Shown piece by piece: positions 40,803 to 54,514 of a stretch of 64,000 nt of DNA (positions are counted from its first letter, which is position 1; each line of letters opens with the position of its first letter). This DNA comes from Ophelia neglecta (lineage: Eukaryota), in the NCBI GenBank assembly GCA_965285935.1, contig OZ260665.1:17732001-17796000 (forward strand). The letters are read 5' to 3'. A program made the translations under genes and the position numbers. Under the pieces are notes generated by a model. The model was not told the origin of the DNA, did not search any database, and saw only the letters and a list, made by a program, of their open reading frames with translations.

Positions 40803-42407
40803 CGTTAGGGTCTGCAGGCTATCTATCATAGCAGCAGGTATAGGCTGTTGTAAGAGTTCGTTGATCGAGGAAGCATTTTTTGAGTTTATTGACAAAAAGT
40901 TGCCTAATTCATAACTGTGTATTGCATCTTAAAATGCATTGAAAATAGTGAAACACACGTTGCGAACAAATAACGGTTTGCCTTCTGTTACAAGCGGAAA
41001 CTTTCGCACCGTTTTGTATTGGCCGTGAATATGTTTATCCAAAAAGTCGTAGTTATTGTCCCAATAATGAGACAATAGTTGGGTTGTCAGCGGCTGCAGA
41101 AGGCACACTTTCCTCCTTCGAGATGACCCTTAATTATCCATATTGTCGGAGTCAACGCAAAATATGAAATTCATCTCATATTATATAGATAGGACATCTG
41201 ATAAGTTATGGTAGATGAATACTATTATTTGAAATTGGAATCGCTGACACATCTTGCTTCAATTAAGATTTATTTTCGCATTGTTAAGTCTGATGTCATT
41301 GCTTTCGTAAACGTCTTTTCTTGTGTAAAAAATAATGTAGAATAAGCGTTAGACGATTTGACACAACACTTAATGAATAGTAGCGCTTAAGATAAGCAGC
41401 TGGAATGTGCCAAGTTGGTGTTATGATGTTATGGCTTCACCCGGGGCGTCTGTGTTGTACGAATAATTGCATCTCCCGGTCCCATGTTGTGCCCTCTTCA
41501 CCCAGAGCGTATGTGTTAACATTACTCTAGGCAATAGCATATGCTAGTAAGAAAACCAATAAACAATCGCCAGCATCGGGTTAAGCCATCTTAATTCACA
41601 CTTCTGTAGTTGTATTGTATGATATATTTTACCTCTCGGTTTAATTATGATTTAATAACGTATGATCATTTCTGGCAGTTATATTTTGATATATAGCTCA
41701 ATTCATGCCTAAGAATAGTATTAATTTCAGTTGTGCATATCTGTCCAACCAAACTGACCTTGACCGGCAAGAGGGGCAAGATATTTATTTCTAAAACAAA
41801 ACACATACTGATTCAATTATGTGCCCCAACTCGTCAAATCTGATTTATGCAACGTGATGGGCTATAAAACAGAGAATTCCCATCGGTGTAGCGAGACAGA
41901 TTGGAAACATGACAACTCTGTTTCCATAAGTGGTGATATAATTCATTGTCCGCGCCCTTTCAGTTCAATCCAATAAGACTTCACGTTGGCGTTGTCAAAT
42001 ATTTCATGACATTAACAGTACAAATAGCAAATTTATTGACAGAAATACACGCGACAATATGCAATAGATGTTCGGGAGTTAGTAGTTAAAATTATCTGAC
42101 CAAAATTAATAAAGGACAAATACATGTTGTATATAGCCCAATAGGTTTAGCAGGCAGAGCTTAAGCCTCCCAGGTATTAAGTTCTATGATCTACATAATG
42201 TTTCCTACATGGGAAACCTACAAAGAAGTAAGAGGTTGTTATCTAGCTGGTAAAATGCAAAAACGATCGATTAGCGGTCAATATGGGCATATAATCTTAT
42301 TCAATATCGATTATAGCCGTTAACAGATACTAGTTACAAAGGCCCTTGCTTTAAATCCTATAATTCAAACAAGTTTGAATTGGTCGATTGGGCTTTAACT
42401 TTTTTGT

Positions 42408-42916
42408 GAGATGACACACAGGACGGCAGATGAGATGACATGACACACTGGACGGCCGATGAGATGACACACTGGACGGCCGATGAGATGACACACTGGA
42501 CGGCCGATGGGATGACACAATGGACGGCCGATGAGATGACACACTGGACGGCCGATGAGATGACACACTGGACGGCCGATGGGATGACACAATGGACGGC
42601 CGATGAGATGACACACTGGACGGCCGATGAGATGACACACTGGACGGCCGATGAGATGACACAATGGACGGCCGATGAGATGACACACTGGACGGCCGAT
42701 GAGATGACACAATGGACGGCCGATGAGATGACACAATGGACGGCCGATGAGATGACACACTGGACGGCCGATGAGATGACACAATGGACGGCCGATGAGA
42801 TGAAATACTGGACGGCCGATGAGATGACACAATGGACGGCCGATGAGATGACATAATGGACGGCCGATGAGATGACACAATGGACGGCCGATGAGATGAA
42901 ATACTGGACGGCCGAT
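42408..42916. repeat. 24-bp minisatellite, 21 copies
   Basis: Consensus GAGATGACACA(C/A)TGGACGGCCGAT; one unit carries a 5-bp duplication. It produces the three repetitive ORFs at 42351-42928. Confidence 0.98.
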
Positions 42917-43124
42917 TAATATCAGCACCAGCGGCTAAACCGGGTACATTTCATACATAGCAGAGTACATTAGGCTTACATTTGCACAAAAAGTATACCT
43001 AAAATATCAACACACAGTTAGAAACATCCATTTAACTAGGCCTGAGAACAAAGTATACATTGGCCTATCCGAGTATTGACACAAATGGATATTTTAGGTA
43101 ATAATAATAAAAAATGAGGAGGCA

Positions 43125-43274
43125 TGGTACGATGCGAAAAGGTCGAACTAAAATACTGGCGACCTGGGTGAGATCCCAGGCCCAGGAGCCCAGAAAAGGC
43201 GGTTGCTCCCCCACCAGAGGGTGTTTTGGAGCTCCTCGGTATGCCTAGATATGGCTACTTAGGTGTGGCACTGG
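43125..43274 (+). pseudogene. C-type lectin domain remnant
   Basis: Single frame WYDAKRSN*NTGDLGEIPGPGAQKRRLLPHQRVFWSSSVCLDMAT*VWHW, matching W.DA...C...GDL..I....Q......FW.G..D...EG.W.W with two stops. Confidence 0.55.
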
Positions 43275-43775
43275 GCCTAGGATTGTATGTGGTTAAAAGC
43301 CTGTTACGGTAGCTTACTATGTGTATATATTCCTAAAATATATAAAACAGACATGCATATACAATTGTCGAACAAATTATAATTGCAAATGTTATGTTTA
43401 ATTATAAGTAGCATTATCTGAATTATTAATATTCTCTTACCATGAACACAAGTGAACTAGTCCATGAACAACACTTCGATAAGGGCATATTAAGAGTCAT
43501 ATTTGTACAAACGTTAAGTACATTTCATGCCATACATTTTTTTGTACGGGTCTGAGGCTCAGGATAATTTAGACAATGGGCACCATCTAAGCCTATTTTT
43601 AAAGTACCTAAGATATAAATTCCTCTCCACCTCATGCATAGTTTAACACTTTATAAAGATGACCATACACTGTTCAGACCTGTTAATGTCTCAATCAGTT
43701 CACACAAGATGCGAAATTTATCCGGGCTTGACAGGCCGTGTGTTGTAGGCAATTTACGCGCCTTATTGGCTCCGA

Positions 43776-44009
43776 GGATGTAAAAGCTATCCACCTAGAC
43801 CATGTCTTTAGTTGGCTGAAGGCGGAATGTCACTGCGACGGGATCATTATAAGTCTGAAAACATATTTTGTACATCAGGCGGGTAATGCAGGAGCCCGAA
43901 CTAAGACCTCGGAGGCTACCATGAGCCATATATTCAGAATTTCACTAGCTATTCTGGGGAGCTGGGTCTAGTGTTTGTGGGCCTGAAGCTGGATGTTCCT
44001 ATCTGGAGG
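43776..44009 (+). pseudogene. Possible C-type lectin domain remnant
   Basis: GCKSY / HLDHVFSWLKAECHCDG ... VFVGLKLDVPIWR, matching KCY, SW..A...C and WIGL...W.W; frameshifts are needed. Confidence 0.3.
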
Positions 44010-44235
44010 TTGCATTAATCTCTGTAACAAAGCACTTCACCACAGTGTCTAAAATCACATTATTCTTTTTTGTCATCTAGATGTATATCGTATAAAATTC
44101 CCTGTCAGTCATTGACTGTATGGTGTTTTAATCTAACACAGACCGATTTTACGGATTTTACGTAGGTATGACTCTCGTATAGCACTGATATATGTGCTTA
44201 CGCTGACAATGATTCAATCATATCCCTGGGCAACT

Positions 44236-47200
44236 CCAATCTTACAGATCAATAATCACTTCAACCGGGAAGCTGCGACCATTTCGCAGATGGGAGGAGA
44301 AATAATTGGTCCCATGGAGCATATTTAGCGGGAAACATTGCTTAAAATAAGACAATAGAAACAAAATATAATACCAGGTTTGACTCTATCACATGTTCTG
44401 ATGTTATAACTAAATTAAGGGACTTATTGAAAGTTTAGGCTTTGTGTTGACCTTTTAAACAGAATGAGATACGCTTAAACTCAATTTCAATCATATTAAC
44501 GGCAAATGGCTACATAAAGAATTTCTTTCAAATCTTGCAAGGTGGGATTGTTTAGTTTTCCACAATATACAAGAGCGGCCTAAGAGATAGCAGATTAAAG
44601 ATTTATATACTTGGATGGCGTCATTCTCCTGCTTTACATTATTCATATCATATTCGTCCAATTACATTGGAATTAGGTCTATACATACATCCACAAAGCA
44701 TGTTGATTATTATCCCCATAATGCATAGAATACATCTATTGTATATTTAAGTTATGGAAACAAGCCAGCAACAGTGTCGAGATCGATCATACTTCTAGGT
44801 ATTGATTTAAAAAGCCACCCAGGATTAATGATTATAGACCTATCGAGCTGCCTGTGTGGTAAACTCTTAAAACACACTTTCTAACAGAATAGTATATTTG
44901 TACCCATTGCAATTCATTGTAATTGTATGGCTTGATCACTGTTGACCCAACGAACAGATTTATTCCTACTGAGTATGTCGTGTCTCCAGGGTATCCCTTC
45001 CTAATTGAATGTTACTCGAAAGAGGATAGTCGAAGTTGTCGTCATACAATTGAGCAAGTGTCAATGAGGTTAGCTGTTAGGCACCTTCTTAATCGGTTAT
45101 CATACCGTTTAGCAATAAATCAGACACACACAATGCCATTTTTTAGCCAAATTAAAGTGATTGACCCCTAAAGTACGTGTCTACGCATATATATGACGCA
45201 TGCAATAACATTATAATTCAACCCCTTTATAGTTACAGAGTGACAGATGACGGTCATTCCCGATTGGGATCATAAAGGTGCCAATTCTTTCCCGCTTTGA
45301 TGCGCAAGCAAGGTACCTTGATCTCAATCTTTGCGTTCCCCGGACAGTCTAGATAGATAACATTGGATTCTTGGAATAATGGGGTAATATGCACAGCCGT
45401 TTGAGAAGGTTTCTCTTGAACACGACTTCAAACGTGTCCCTTCTTGTACTGGACGCTTTTACATTCGGTTACTATTTCGCTAACAAAAGGACAAAAATGT
45501 ATCTGAACAGGTGCATTTAAAATGAACTATAATCATAATAGCGATATTTTAACATCTTCTACTAACATAGTTTAAGAACGCAAGCATTTCTTCTAAACAC
45601 GAGCTAACAGATCCAATGTGCTTCATGCCGATCCGATCATAAACTAAATAGTGGTAGAAGATTTACGCAGTTTATAGTGGTGGATAATTAAGAGGTTGAG
45701 TAATGTGCATAATAAATTGCATGTCCTTTTTTTCGACATACCAAGCATCCTGTTGCAATGAATATACGCATATTATCTGTAGATGCTTTAAACGGCGCCT
45801 ACTTAACACGCGGTAATGTTTCTTTTGGCGTTTGCAAGGGGCAATTTATTTGGAATTTAATGCAATACGATGTCAGTTTTTCCGTAATATTAAGTGAGTG
45901 CAGTTTCGTGTAAATATTTATTGAGATGAGTTAATTGAAGCATATCAAATTATTTGAATTATAAAAAATTAAATCAGTATAGTTTTAGAAACACTGGTTT
46001 TATTTTTCCGAAATACCCATGGTGCCTTAATATACAATGTGATTTGTTTCCACGTAACATTCAGCAACCTCACTTTTGATAAACCCTATTTATTCAGCAA
46101 AGAGTCATAGACAGACTGCGCTTGTATTAGCTCCCTTTGATATATGCAAGGTTTGAAATGTGTTGTAAAAATTATGATTTCATACTTGAATTTGCACAGG
46201 GCCTCAGTGTTCACTGTTCTTGTCACTTTTCGATGTATATTGCACTGCAATTGTAATGCATCCCGTCGTTTCCATCTAGGATATATTCATGATCTTATTA
46301 GTGCAAGCATGATGTATGTTTAATAATGGCGGCTTCTCTGCAAAATACTAAACACTTGGCTTCCAATGAACAACTAGTAATCTTCCGTACCCAGTACAGC
46401 TATTCCTTCATAACGAACTGCACAAAGGGCAGTAAGGTCTTGTTCGTTGCATGGTCGGCAAGAATGAGATGGAGCACCAACCTCAGTGGCTAAATAGGTT
46501 TTAAAACCAATCCTTCTGATATGTTTTAATCAAATGTGTTTATCTGTTTGTTTCGGTTACAGGTCGATGCATACCCTGGCTAGTACATTCTATATGCACC
46601 CCCCCCCCCCTTCTCCCCCGGCACCCTGGCTCAATTTCATAACGTGAGGCCCATAAACGTTGAGCCAAGTTCAAGTTTAAGCCAGTGCAAAAATTACTAA
46701 CGAAACCAACAAAGCCGATACATTGAATGTTCTTCATTTAATAACGTGCCATCGGAATAGCAACAAAGCCAAAATAAAGCATTGATATTGTCCTATATTG
46801 AATGATGCATTATATGATTGACATCAACCGTCTGATCACCCCCCCCCCCCCTGAGTCATTTTGCCTCATTGATTTCAGCTTGTAGTCTTAGACTTTAGGT
46901 TTTCACGATACCAAGCCACAATCCCTCCTCGGGTTTGTTTGCATTTAGCTTAATGCAATTATTGCGCTGAACATCTTCCATGATTTTAATCATGGAATTC
47001 AAAACATGAATATATTTGAGAAAATTGGGAAATATTCGCTACAAATATATATCTGGTATATCATGCCACAACATAATTTGGCCGCCTTTCCCATCTCTCC
47101 AAACCCCATAATATTAATCTTGTACACATGTATAAATTTTCAAATTGCACTGGTACAGGTAAAAATGCTGGTGGCATGGATCCCATCCTTCTGCGGCTGT

Positions 47201-47653
47201 CCTTTATCCTTAACAAGCCGCCAGGGATTCGAACAGGCGGAAAGATACATAAAATATGAGGCCAAGCAATTTCCTTAAAATTTGATTTGTTTTCGCTATG
47301 CGTTGAAGAATCTATTTCATATATAGAAATGTTCTCCTCAACACTTCACCGCTTCTATTAAACGTTGATACTTGAAACGAAGATTTCACCAAGAAAACAT
47401 TCTCATCTTACATGCTTGAATTGATTAAAATATAATCGACCGTCTTAAACAAACAAGCCAGGTAGCCTAGAGAGTCTCAGGTTTGTGTTTGCATACTATT
47501 GTGGCAAAAGGCCAAAGGTAAGCTCTGAAAGAGGATTAATATTTTATCTGAATTGAAGTATAGGGGAAGCAGAGCGCAGCATACTTAAAATATTTCACCA
47601 TTGGAAAGTGGCAGGTAAACTGCATAACGGAATAACCTCTGATTTATCGTTTC
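44236..47653 (+). repeat. Direct segmental duplication, copy 1 (about 3.4 kb)
   Basis: Begins CCAATCTTACAGATCAATA and ends CTCTGATTTATCGTTTC. Colinear with 48340-51314, and carries about 360 bp (around 45105-45463) that copy 2 lacks. Confidence 0.97.
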
Positions 47654-48022
47654 CTAACTAGAATATACAACGTATTACCTTAAGGCCAGCTCTATAGCAT
47701 GTTAAACTGCAAATATAACCTATAGATTGCAATAACCAGCTGCCATTTAATGCAATGGAGTCACCTTATGTACTCCGAAATGTATTTCCGAAAGTGAGTG
47801 TCATGAAAAATTGTCTGCCAGCACATCAATGATATCATGGTCAATAAGATTTGAACAAAATCACCCCTGTAATAATAAAAGCGGTGACATAGAAACAAAA
47901 TCGAAAAAAAGAAATGTCCATTACATCGGTCCAATTTACCTACAAATATTTATCCCCGGGTCTCTCGCACTATATAAAAAAGTAAATGAATTAAGAACAA
48001 TAAACACTACGCCTACCAGTCA

Positions 48023-48100
48023 GTTCAAGCCACTCATTATTATTGTGGACATGTTACCACTTAGATCCACAGGGACTTTTGCAATCAAATGGGAACCTTT
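48023..48100 (+). pseudogene. Possible C-type lectin N-terminal remnant in the spacer between the duplicates
   Basis: Single frame VQATHYYCGHVTT*IHRDFCNQMGTF, matching CYY.....TW..AR.FC..MG; the TAG is one change from TGG. Confidence 0.35.
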
Positions 48101-48339
48101 TTATTCTGGACGCCATGCTATGACCGAAGTTGTGTTGAATGGTCTTCAAGAAACATGACAGTATGTATGATTTAACTACAATTTGTACATGATTACATAA
48201 TAAATGATATTTCATAGGGTGTAGTTGTGCAATAATGGATATCATTTAACTGTAGTTAACGTGAGGCAGTTTAAGATATTATATTTGTCTATATATTGTG
48301 ATAATAGTGTTTTTTACTATCACCACTCATCATTAGAAA

Positions 48340-51314
48340 CCAATCTTACAGATCAATAGTCACTTAAACCGGGAGGCTGCGACTATTTCGCAGATGGGAG
48401 GAGAAATAATTGGTCCCATGGAGCACATTTTGCGGGAAACATTGCTTAAAAAAGATCATAGAAACAAAATATAATACCAGGTTTGACTCTATCACATGAT
48501 CTGGCTTTGTTTTGACATTGTAAACCGTATGTGATACACTTAAACTCAATGTCAATCATATAAACGGCAAATGATTACATAAACAATTTCTTTAAAATCT
48601 TGCAAAGTGGGATTCCACCACATACAAGATCTGCCTAAGAGATAGCAGATTAAATATTTATATACTTAGATGGCGCCATTGTCCTGCTTTATATTATTCA
48701 TATTATATTCGTTCAATTACGCTGAAATGATATCTATACATACAGCCCCTGAGCATAAGATACTTAGGTGTTGATTATTATCACCATAATGCATAGGAGA
48801 CATCTATTGTTGTTTAAATTATGAAAACAAGCAAGCAACAGTGTCGATGTCGATCATATTTCTAGGTATTGATTTAAAAAGCCACCCAGGATTGGATTAA
48901 TGATTATAGACCTATCGAGCTGCCTGTGTGGTAAACTCTTAAACACACTTTCTAACAGAAAAGTATATTTGTACCCTTTGCATTTCATTGTAATTGTATG
49001 GCTTAATCACTGTTGACCCAACGAACAGATTTATTCCTACTGAGTCTCCAGGGTATCCCTTCCTAATTGAATGTTACTCGAAAGAGGATAGTCGAAGTTG
49101 TCGTCATACAATTGAGCAAGTGTCAATGAGGTTAGCTGTTAGGCACCTTCTTAATCAAACCGTTCAATCGGTTCATATTTCGCTATCAAAGAGACAAAAA
49201 TGTATCTGAACAGGTGCATTGAAAATGAACTATAATTATTATAGCGATATATTAACCTCATCTGCTAACATGGTTAAAGAACGCAATCATCTCTTCCAAA
49301 ACACGAGCTAACACATCCAATCTGCTTCGTGCCGATCCGATCATAAACTAAATAGTTGTAGAAGATTTACGCAGTTTATAGTGGTAGATAATTAAGAGGT
49401 TGAGTAATGTGCATTATACATCACATGTCCTTTTTTTCGACATACCAAGCATCCTTTTGCAATGAGAACACGCAAAATATCTGTAGACGCCATAACACGG
49501 CGCCTACTTAACACGCGGTAATGTTTCTTTTGGCGTTTGCAGGGGCAATTTATTTGGAATTTAATGCAACACGATGTCTGTTTTTCCGTAATATTAAGTG
49601 AGCGCAATTTCGTGTAAATTTTTGTGCATATTAATTTATTTGAATTGTTAATAATTGAATCAGTATAGGCTTAGAAACACTAGTTTTATTTTTCCGAAAC
49701 ACACGTTGTGCCTTCATATATAATGTGATTGTTTTACACGTAAGATTCGGCAACCCCAATTTGGATAGACCCTATTCATTGAGCAAAAATTCATAGACAG
49801 TGGGCGCCTGCATTAGCTCCCTTTGACATAGCAAGGTTTGAACTGTGTTGTAAAAAATATGATTTCATATTTGAATTTTCACAAGGCCTCAAAGTTCACC
49901 GTTCTTGTCGCTTTTCGATGTATATTGCACTGTAATAGTTATGCATCCCGTCTTTCCATTTAGGATATATTCAATATCTTTTTAGTGCAAGCATGATGTA
50001 TGTTTAATAATGGCGGCTTCTTTGCAAAATACTAAACACTTGGCTTCCAATGAACAACTAGTAATCTTCCGTACCCAGTACAGCTATTCCTTCATAACGA
50101 ACTGCACAAAGGGCAGTAAGGTCATGTTCGTTGCATGGTCGGCAAGAATGAGATGGAGCACCAACCTCAGTGGCTAAATAGGTTTTAAAACCAATCCCTT
50201 CTGATATGTTTTAATCACATGTGTTTATCAGTTAGTTTCGATTACAGGTCGATGCATACCCTGGCTAGTACATTCTTTATGCACCCCCTCCCCCTTCTCC
50301 CCCGGCACCCTGGCTCAATTTCATACCGTGAGGCCAATAAACGTTGAGCCAAGTTCAAATTTTAAGCCAGTGTGACTAACAAAACCAACAAACCGATATA
50401 TTGAATGTTCTTATCACTTAAAAACGTACCATCGGAATAGGAACAAAGCCAAAATAAAGAACTGATATTGTCATATATTGAATGATGCCTTATATGATTG
50501 ACATCAACCGTCTGATCACCCCCTCTGAGTCATTTTTGCCTCATTGATTTCAGCTTGTAGTCTTAGACTTTAGGTTTTCACGATACCAAGCCACAATCCC
50601 TCCTCGGGTTTGTTTGCATTTAGCTTAATGCAATTATTGCGCTGAACATCTTCGATGATTTTAATCATGAAATTCAAAACATGAATATATTTGAGAAAAT
50701 TGGGAAATATTCGCTACAAATACATATCTGGTATATCATGCCACAACATAATTTGGCCGCCTTTCCCATCTCACCGATCCCCATAATATTAATCTTGTAC
50801 ACATGTATAAATTTACAAATTGCACTGGAACAGGAAAAAATGCTGATGGCATGGATCCCATCCTTCTACGGCTGTCCTTTATCCTTAACAAGCCGCCAGG
50901 GATTCGAACAGGCGGAAAGATACATAAAATACGAGGGCCAAGCAATTTCCTTAAAATTTGATTTGTTTTCGCTATGCGTTGAAGAATCTATTTCATATAT
51001 AGAAATGTTCTCCTCAACACTTCACCGCTTCTATTAAACGTTGATACTTGAAACGAAGATTTCATCCAGAACATGCTTGAGTTGATTAAAATACAATCGA
51101 CCGTCTTAAACAAACAAGCCAGGTAGCCTAGAGAGTGTCAGGTTTGTGTTTGCATACTATTGTGGCAAAAGGCCAAAGGTAAGCTCTGAAAGAGGAGTAA
51201 TATTTTATCTGAATTAAAGTATAGGGGAAGCAGAGCGCAGCATACTTAAAATATTTTACCATTGGAAAGTGACAGGTAAACTGCATAACGGAATAGCCTC
51301 TGATTTATCGTTTC
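48340..51314 (+). repeat. Direct segmental duplication, copy 2 (about 3.0 kb)
   Basis: Same start and end strings as copy 1. Paired ORFs 44923/48994 and 47006/50681 in the ORF track confirm it. Confidence 0.97.
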
Positions 51315-52094
51315 AGTGGGGCAAGGAATAATTGATGGCTGCTTTACAGAATGTCCTTATCTTGGCCCAAGATTGCATTATTTTAACACCTCCACGGCTC
51401 CCTGAACTTAACTGGGCGATCATATGCCTAGGGCCCTTCTGCGTTTTATTCATGGGGATTGTTGTTTGTTGGCCTGCAAATGGCGCTTCCTGGTGATGAT
51501 TTTAGACCGACTCAATTGCCTATTCCCTATAATTTTTTTTGGCTTTTTTACCTGGTATCCAGTAAAGATTTCCCATAATGATTAATGGCATGCGGTAGAT
51601 GCAAGAGCTCATTCAACATAAAGTTGTTCAGTTCATAAAGTAAACTGCAGGTTAGTGTGATCTCAATTTCTTTTTCTAGGACACATTACCTCATACGTTT
51701 TTTCTGATTTGTGTTAATGGTAGTTTGACTCAGAGTCGCTTCTTATTGACAATGATATAAGATTTTATTTACTTCAGTGATGTTTTCATTGCAAGCCCTG
51801 GATCTGGGATTTGATGATTGAGGTACCGCAGCTGGCTTTGTCTGTTGAACTCGGACCTACCAAATGGATTTTTCTTCCTCGCAGATTGTGTCTTTGATTA
51901 TCAAATCTTGTTTTTTCTTGTATTGAAATCTTTTCCTGAACATGTCATGTAAATTTGGAAAAAAAAATACCGCATCATCCTCTGTACTTACCTAGAATCA
52001 GTAATTATGTTCACGTTTTTTAAAAAGACTGTCCATCCTTCCTTGCGTATAAGATTACTTGGTATCCCGGCTGTTGAGTACCTCGGACTCAAAA

Positions 52095-52235
52095 TCCGAG
52101 GAGATGTAATATATCAGTATTATAGGATCGGTGGATGTAATTAACCAGGATTTCGACACCGGATCACGAAATATACTTGAATTTCTAGACGCGGACTTAA
52201 AAAACCACTATTTGATGACTGGGGTAATAGCCGGT
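52095..52235. mobile_element. Diverged arm of the MITE family seen at 33585-33910
   Basis: CAGTATTATAGGATCGGTGGATGTAATTAACCAGGATTTC...AATTTCTAGACGCGGAC aligns to the reverse complement of 33800-33910. Confidence 0.5.
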
Positions 52236-54177
52236 TTTGGTAAACAATGAAATTGAAAGTTGATTGTCCTATCATTGTGAAATAATTGATAATGAAAGCA
52301 GCTGGTTAACGAAGGCAATACTCCGTAAAGACCCCTCTGCAATATTTAAGAGAAACAAAGCTCTTCTAAACTAACAATCTACACTTTTTGAGCATTTGGC
52401 ATTTTTCATGAGGTATAAATATCTTTTTCGTGGGAAGTTTAAAAATATACATACATGTTAAGCTCAAGTTCCCAAATCTATCACGGATCTTCAGCCTCAA
52501 GAATGTTTACTGGAAACTGATTTGATATTTAAAACTGTCCGTAAATCTAGTTATTTTTATTGGACTGATAACAGCAAAACCTGTCATGTAGATATTTGTG
52601 TTGAAGGGTTTTATTTCGTTCGAGTCGACTACTTTTTAGATGTCATATTAGGTGATAAGAGAAGTATCTGTTATTGGTTCAGGTGCTATTGAAAATGAAG
52701 CTTACCCGTTTAGCACAGACAGCGGCCGGATTGTATTGCCTTGCACCAGGGTTGCCAAATAAAGACAATATTTACCATCATCTGTCAAGTTACTCTATTG
52801 GCCATTCCCCATGGTTATCTTTTGTGCTATTTAGCCCTTTTCATCAGTGCGAAACATTTAATGATCTGTTCATTAATTCGTCTTTATATCTATGCTGCGG
52901 ATACTTTCAATGTGTATAGCACACTATGGTCATGTTAGTTAACGATATCAGGCAAACCCCTTGTCAAAGATTTAATTTTCGCTAAAAACTAAGAATACGG
53001 ATAGCGCCCTGCACAGTAAGTTGTCCACACATTCCCTTCGCTTGATATCATTGTTAATAAACCCCTAGTAGATCCGCTATACGATGTATTTAAGCCACAG
53101 TGGATAACCTGTTAATCTTAGTTATGCACAATCACGCCAAACAGCATCATTTGTAGCGTTTATCACAGCCAGTAAGATATCCATGCTCGTGTTTTAACGA
53201 AAAGTCTGTCATCAAGCTGCGGATTAGATAAAATACTTTCCATTTCCACATTTTTTTTGGCAAAATTAGAGTCGGCAATGCAACACGTTGACTGTAGACC
53301 ATTGGATGTTGGCTTTCTATACCCTCTATAAACCCATTGCTGTAAAAGATAGAATGGTTATGACGATTTAACATTCCCACTCTCTGAAATCAATTGCCAA
53401 TAAACTTCTGCACTGATCATTTCCCTTATGCAATCAGATTTTTTATGGCCCTAATTTAGCTTATTTTCTTCCGTCATGCGCACTATATTTCTCACTAAAC
53501 AATGAACCCTAATTAGGTCGAAAAAAACAAGATGCGGTTTGTTTAGTTTCTTTCTAAATAAATTTATTACAGCTAAAATATAATAATTGAAGTATAATAT
53601 ATCGAAGGGCTGAATCTAGTCTGCAGATATTAATTTATTTTCACGAAATCATAGGATATAGTTTTGTTATTATAATATTCGTATTAATGGCATTTTACCC
53701 GTATACATACTTTTCGTCCCTATTTTCCATAGTTCAGAATAATATTAATTCACCGACACGAGCAAATGTATAACGTGTGAAGATACATGTTCGGAATATT
53801 CGAAGCCATGTCATAATATTTAAACATGGCTGTCTAAGCCTTCATTTCCGGTATGTAATGGCAGATGGGCGATGGTTCAAAATAACAATATCTGTAATGT
53901 CCGGCCACATGATTCGTCTTAGCAAACGTTGACGGATTTACTACTTTCTCCTCTTTGTTCAGCCCATTGCTATATAGCCAAGTATTAGTAATTGGTAGAG
54001 GATCAAGTAGAACACGCTCATATTCCTTATACGGGCAGGTGGTATAACTATTAGACTAGCATACACATACAAAAACGTGCAACTCCTTCACATGTGGGCC
54101 AGTATATTAAAAGATATTGATATTTTATTGTACTAAAAGGACATAAAAACACCAGCTCATATCCAGGTCCGTCGCTG

Positions 54178-54514
54178 CCCGTAGTACTTTTTGTGCCCGT
54201 AAACCAAGTACATTTCGCGAATCATATCACGATGCATACTAACAGCCAGTATTTTCCCATCTATAAATTGTCCTTTACATTTATTGTGCATTGACAAGCA
54301 GCTTAACATAAGTAGTCTTTGTGTCGCAGGAAGATAATAGGGGACTGCCAAGTTTGGTAAGATAATTTGGCGGGCAATTTATTCGCGATGAGGTAAAAAG
54401 TAGCAATAATAGAAAGAAATGAATGGGCAAATACTGATTGTTAAAATGCATCGTGAAATATGATTCGCGAAATGTACTTGGTTTACAGTAAATGGGCTGA
54501 AACAGTACTACGAG
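54178..54514. mobile_element. MITE with about 85-bp terminal inverted repeats
   Basis: CCCGTAGTACT...GTAAACCAAGTACATTTCGCGAATCATATCACGATGCAT...CCCAT pairs with ATGGG...ATGCATCGTGAAATATGATTCGCGAAATGTACTTGGTTTAC...AGTACTACGAG. Confidence 0.88.

Noticed and set aside
42351-42928. Three long ORFs (138-177 aa), and the possibility of a CRISPR array or hammerhead ribozyme array
   Set aside because: The ORFs are by-products of a 24-bp period. There are no unique spacers or cas genes. CCGATGAG is not the CUGAUGA core, and the paired GAAA stems are missing.
46326-46493. 55-codon ORF conserved in both duplicates
   Set aside because: No homology recognised; conservation is equally explained by a recent conversion tract.
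54190-54290. CTLD-like words (KGQFIDGK / YRWENTG)
   Set aside because: They lie largely in a MITE inverted-repeat arm. This shows that weak lectin-like matches arise by chance, so I kept confidence low on similar weak hits.
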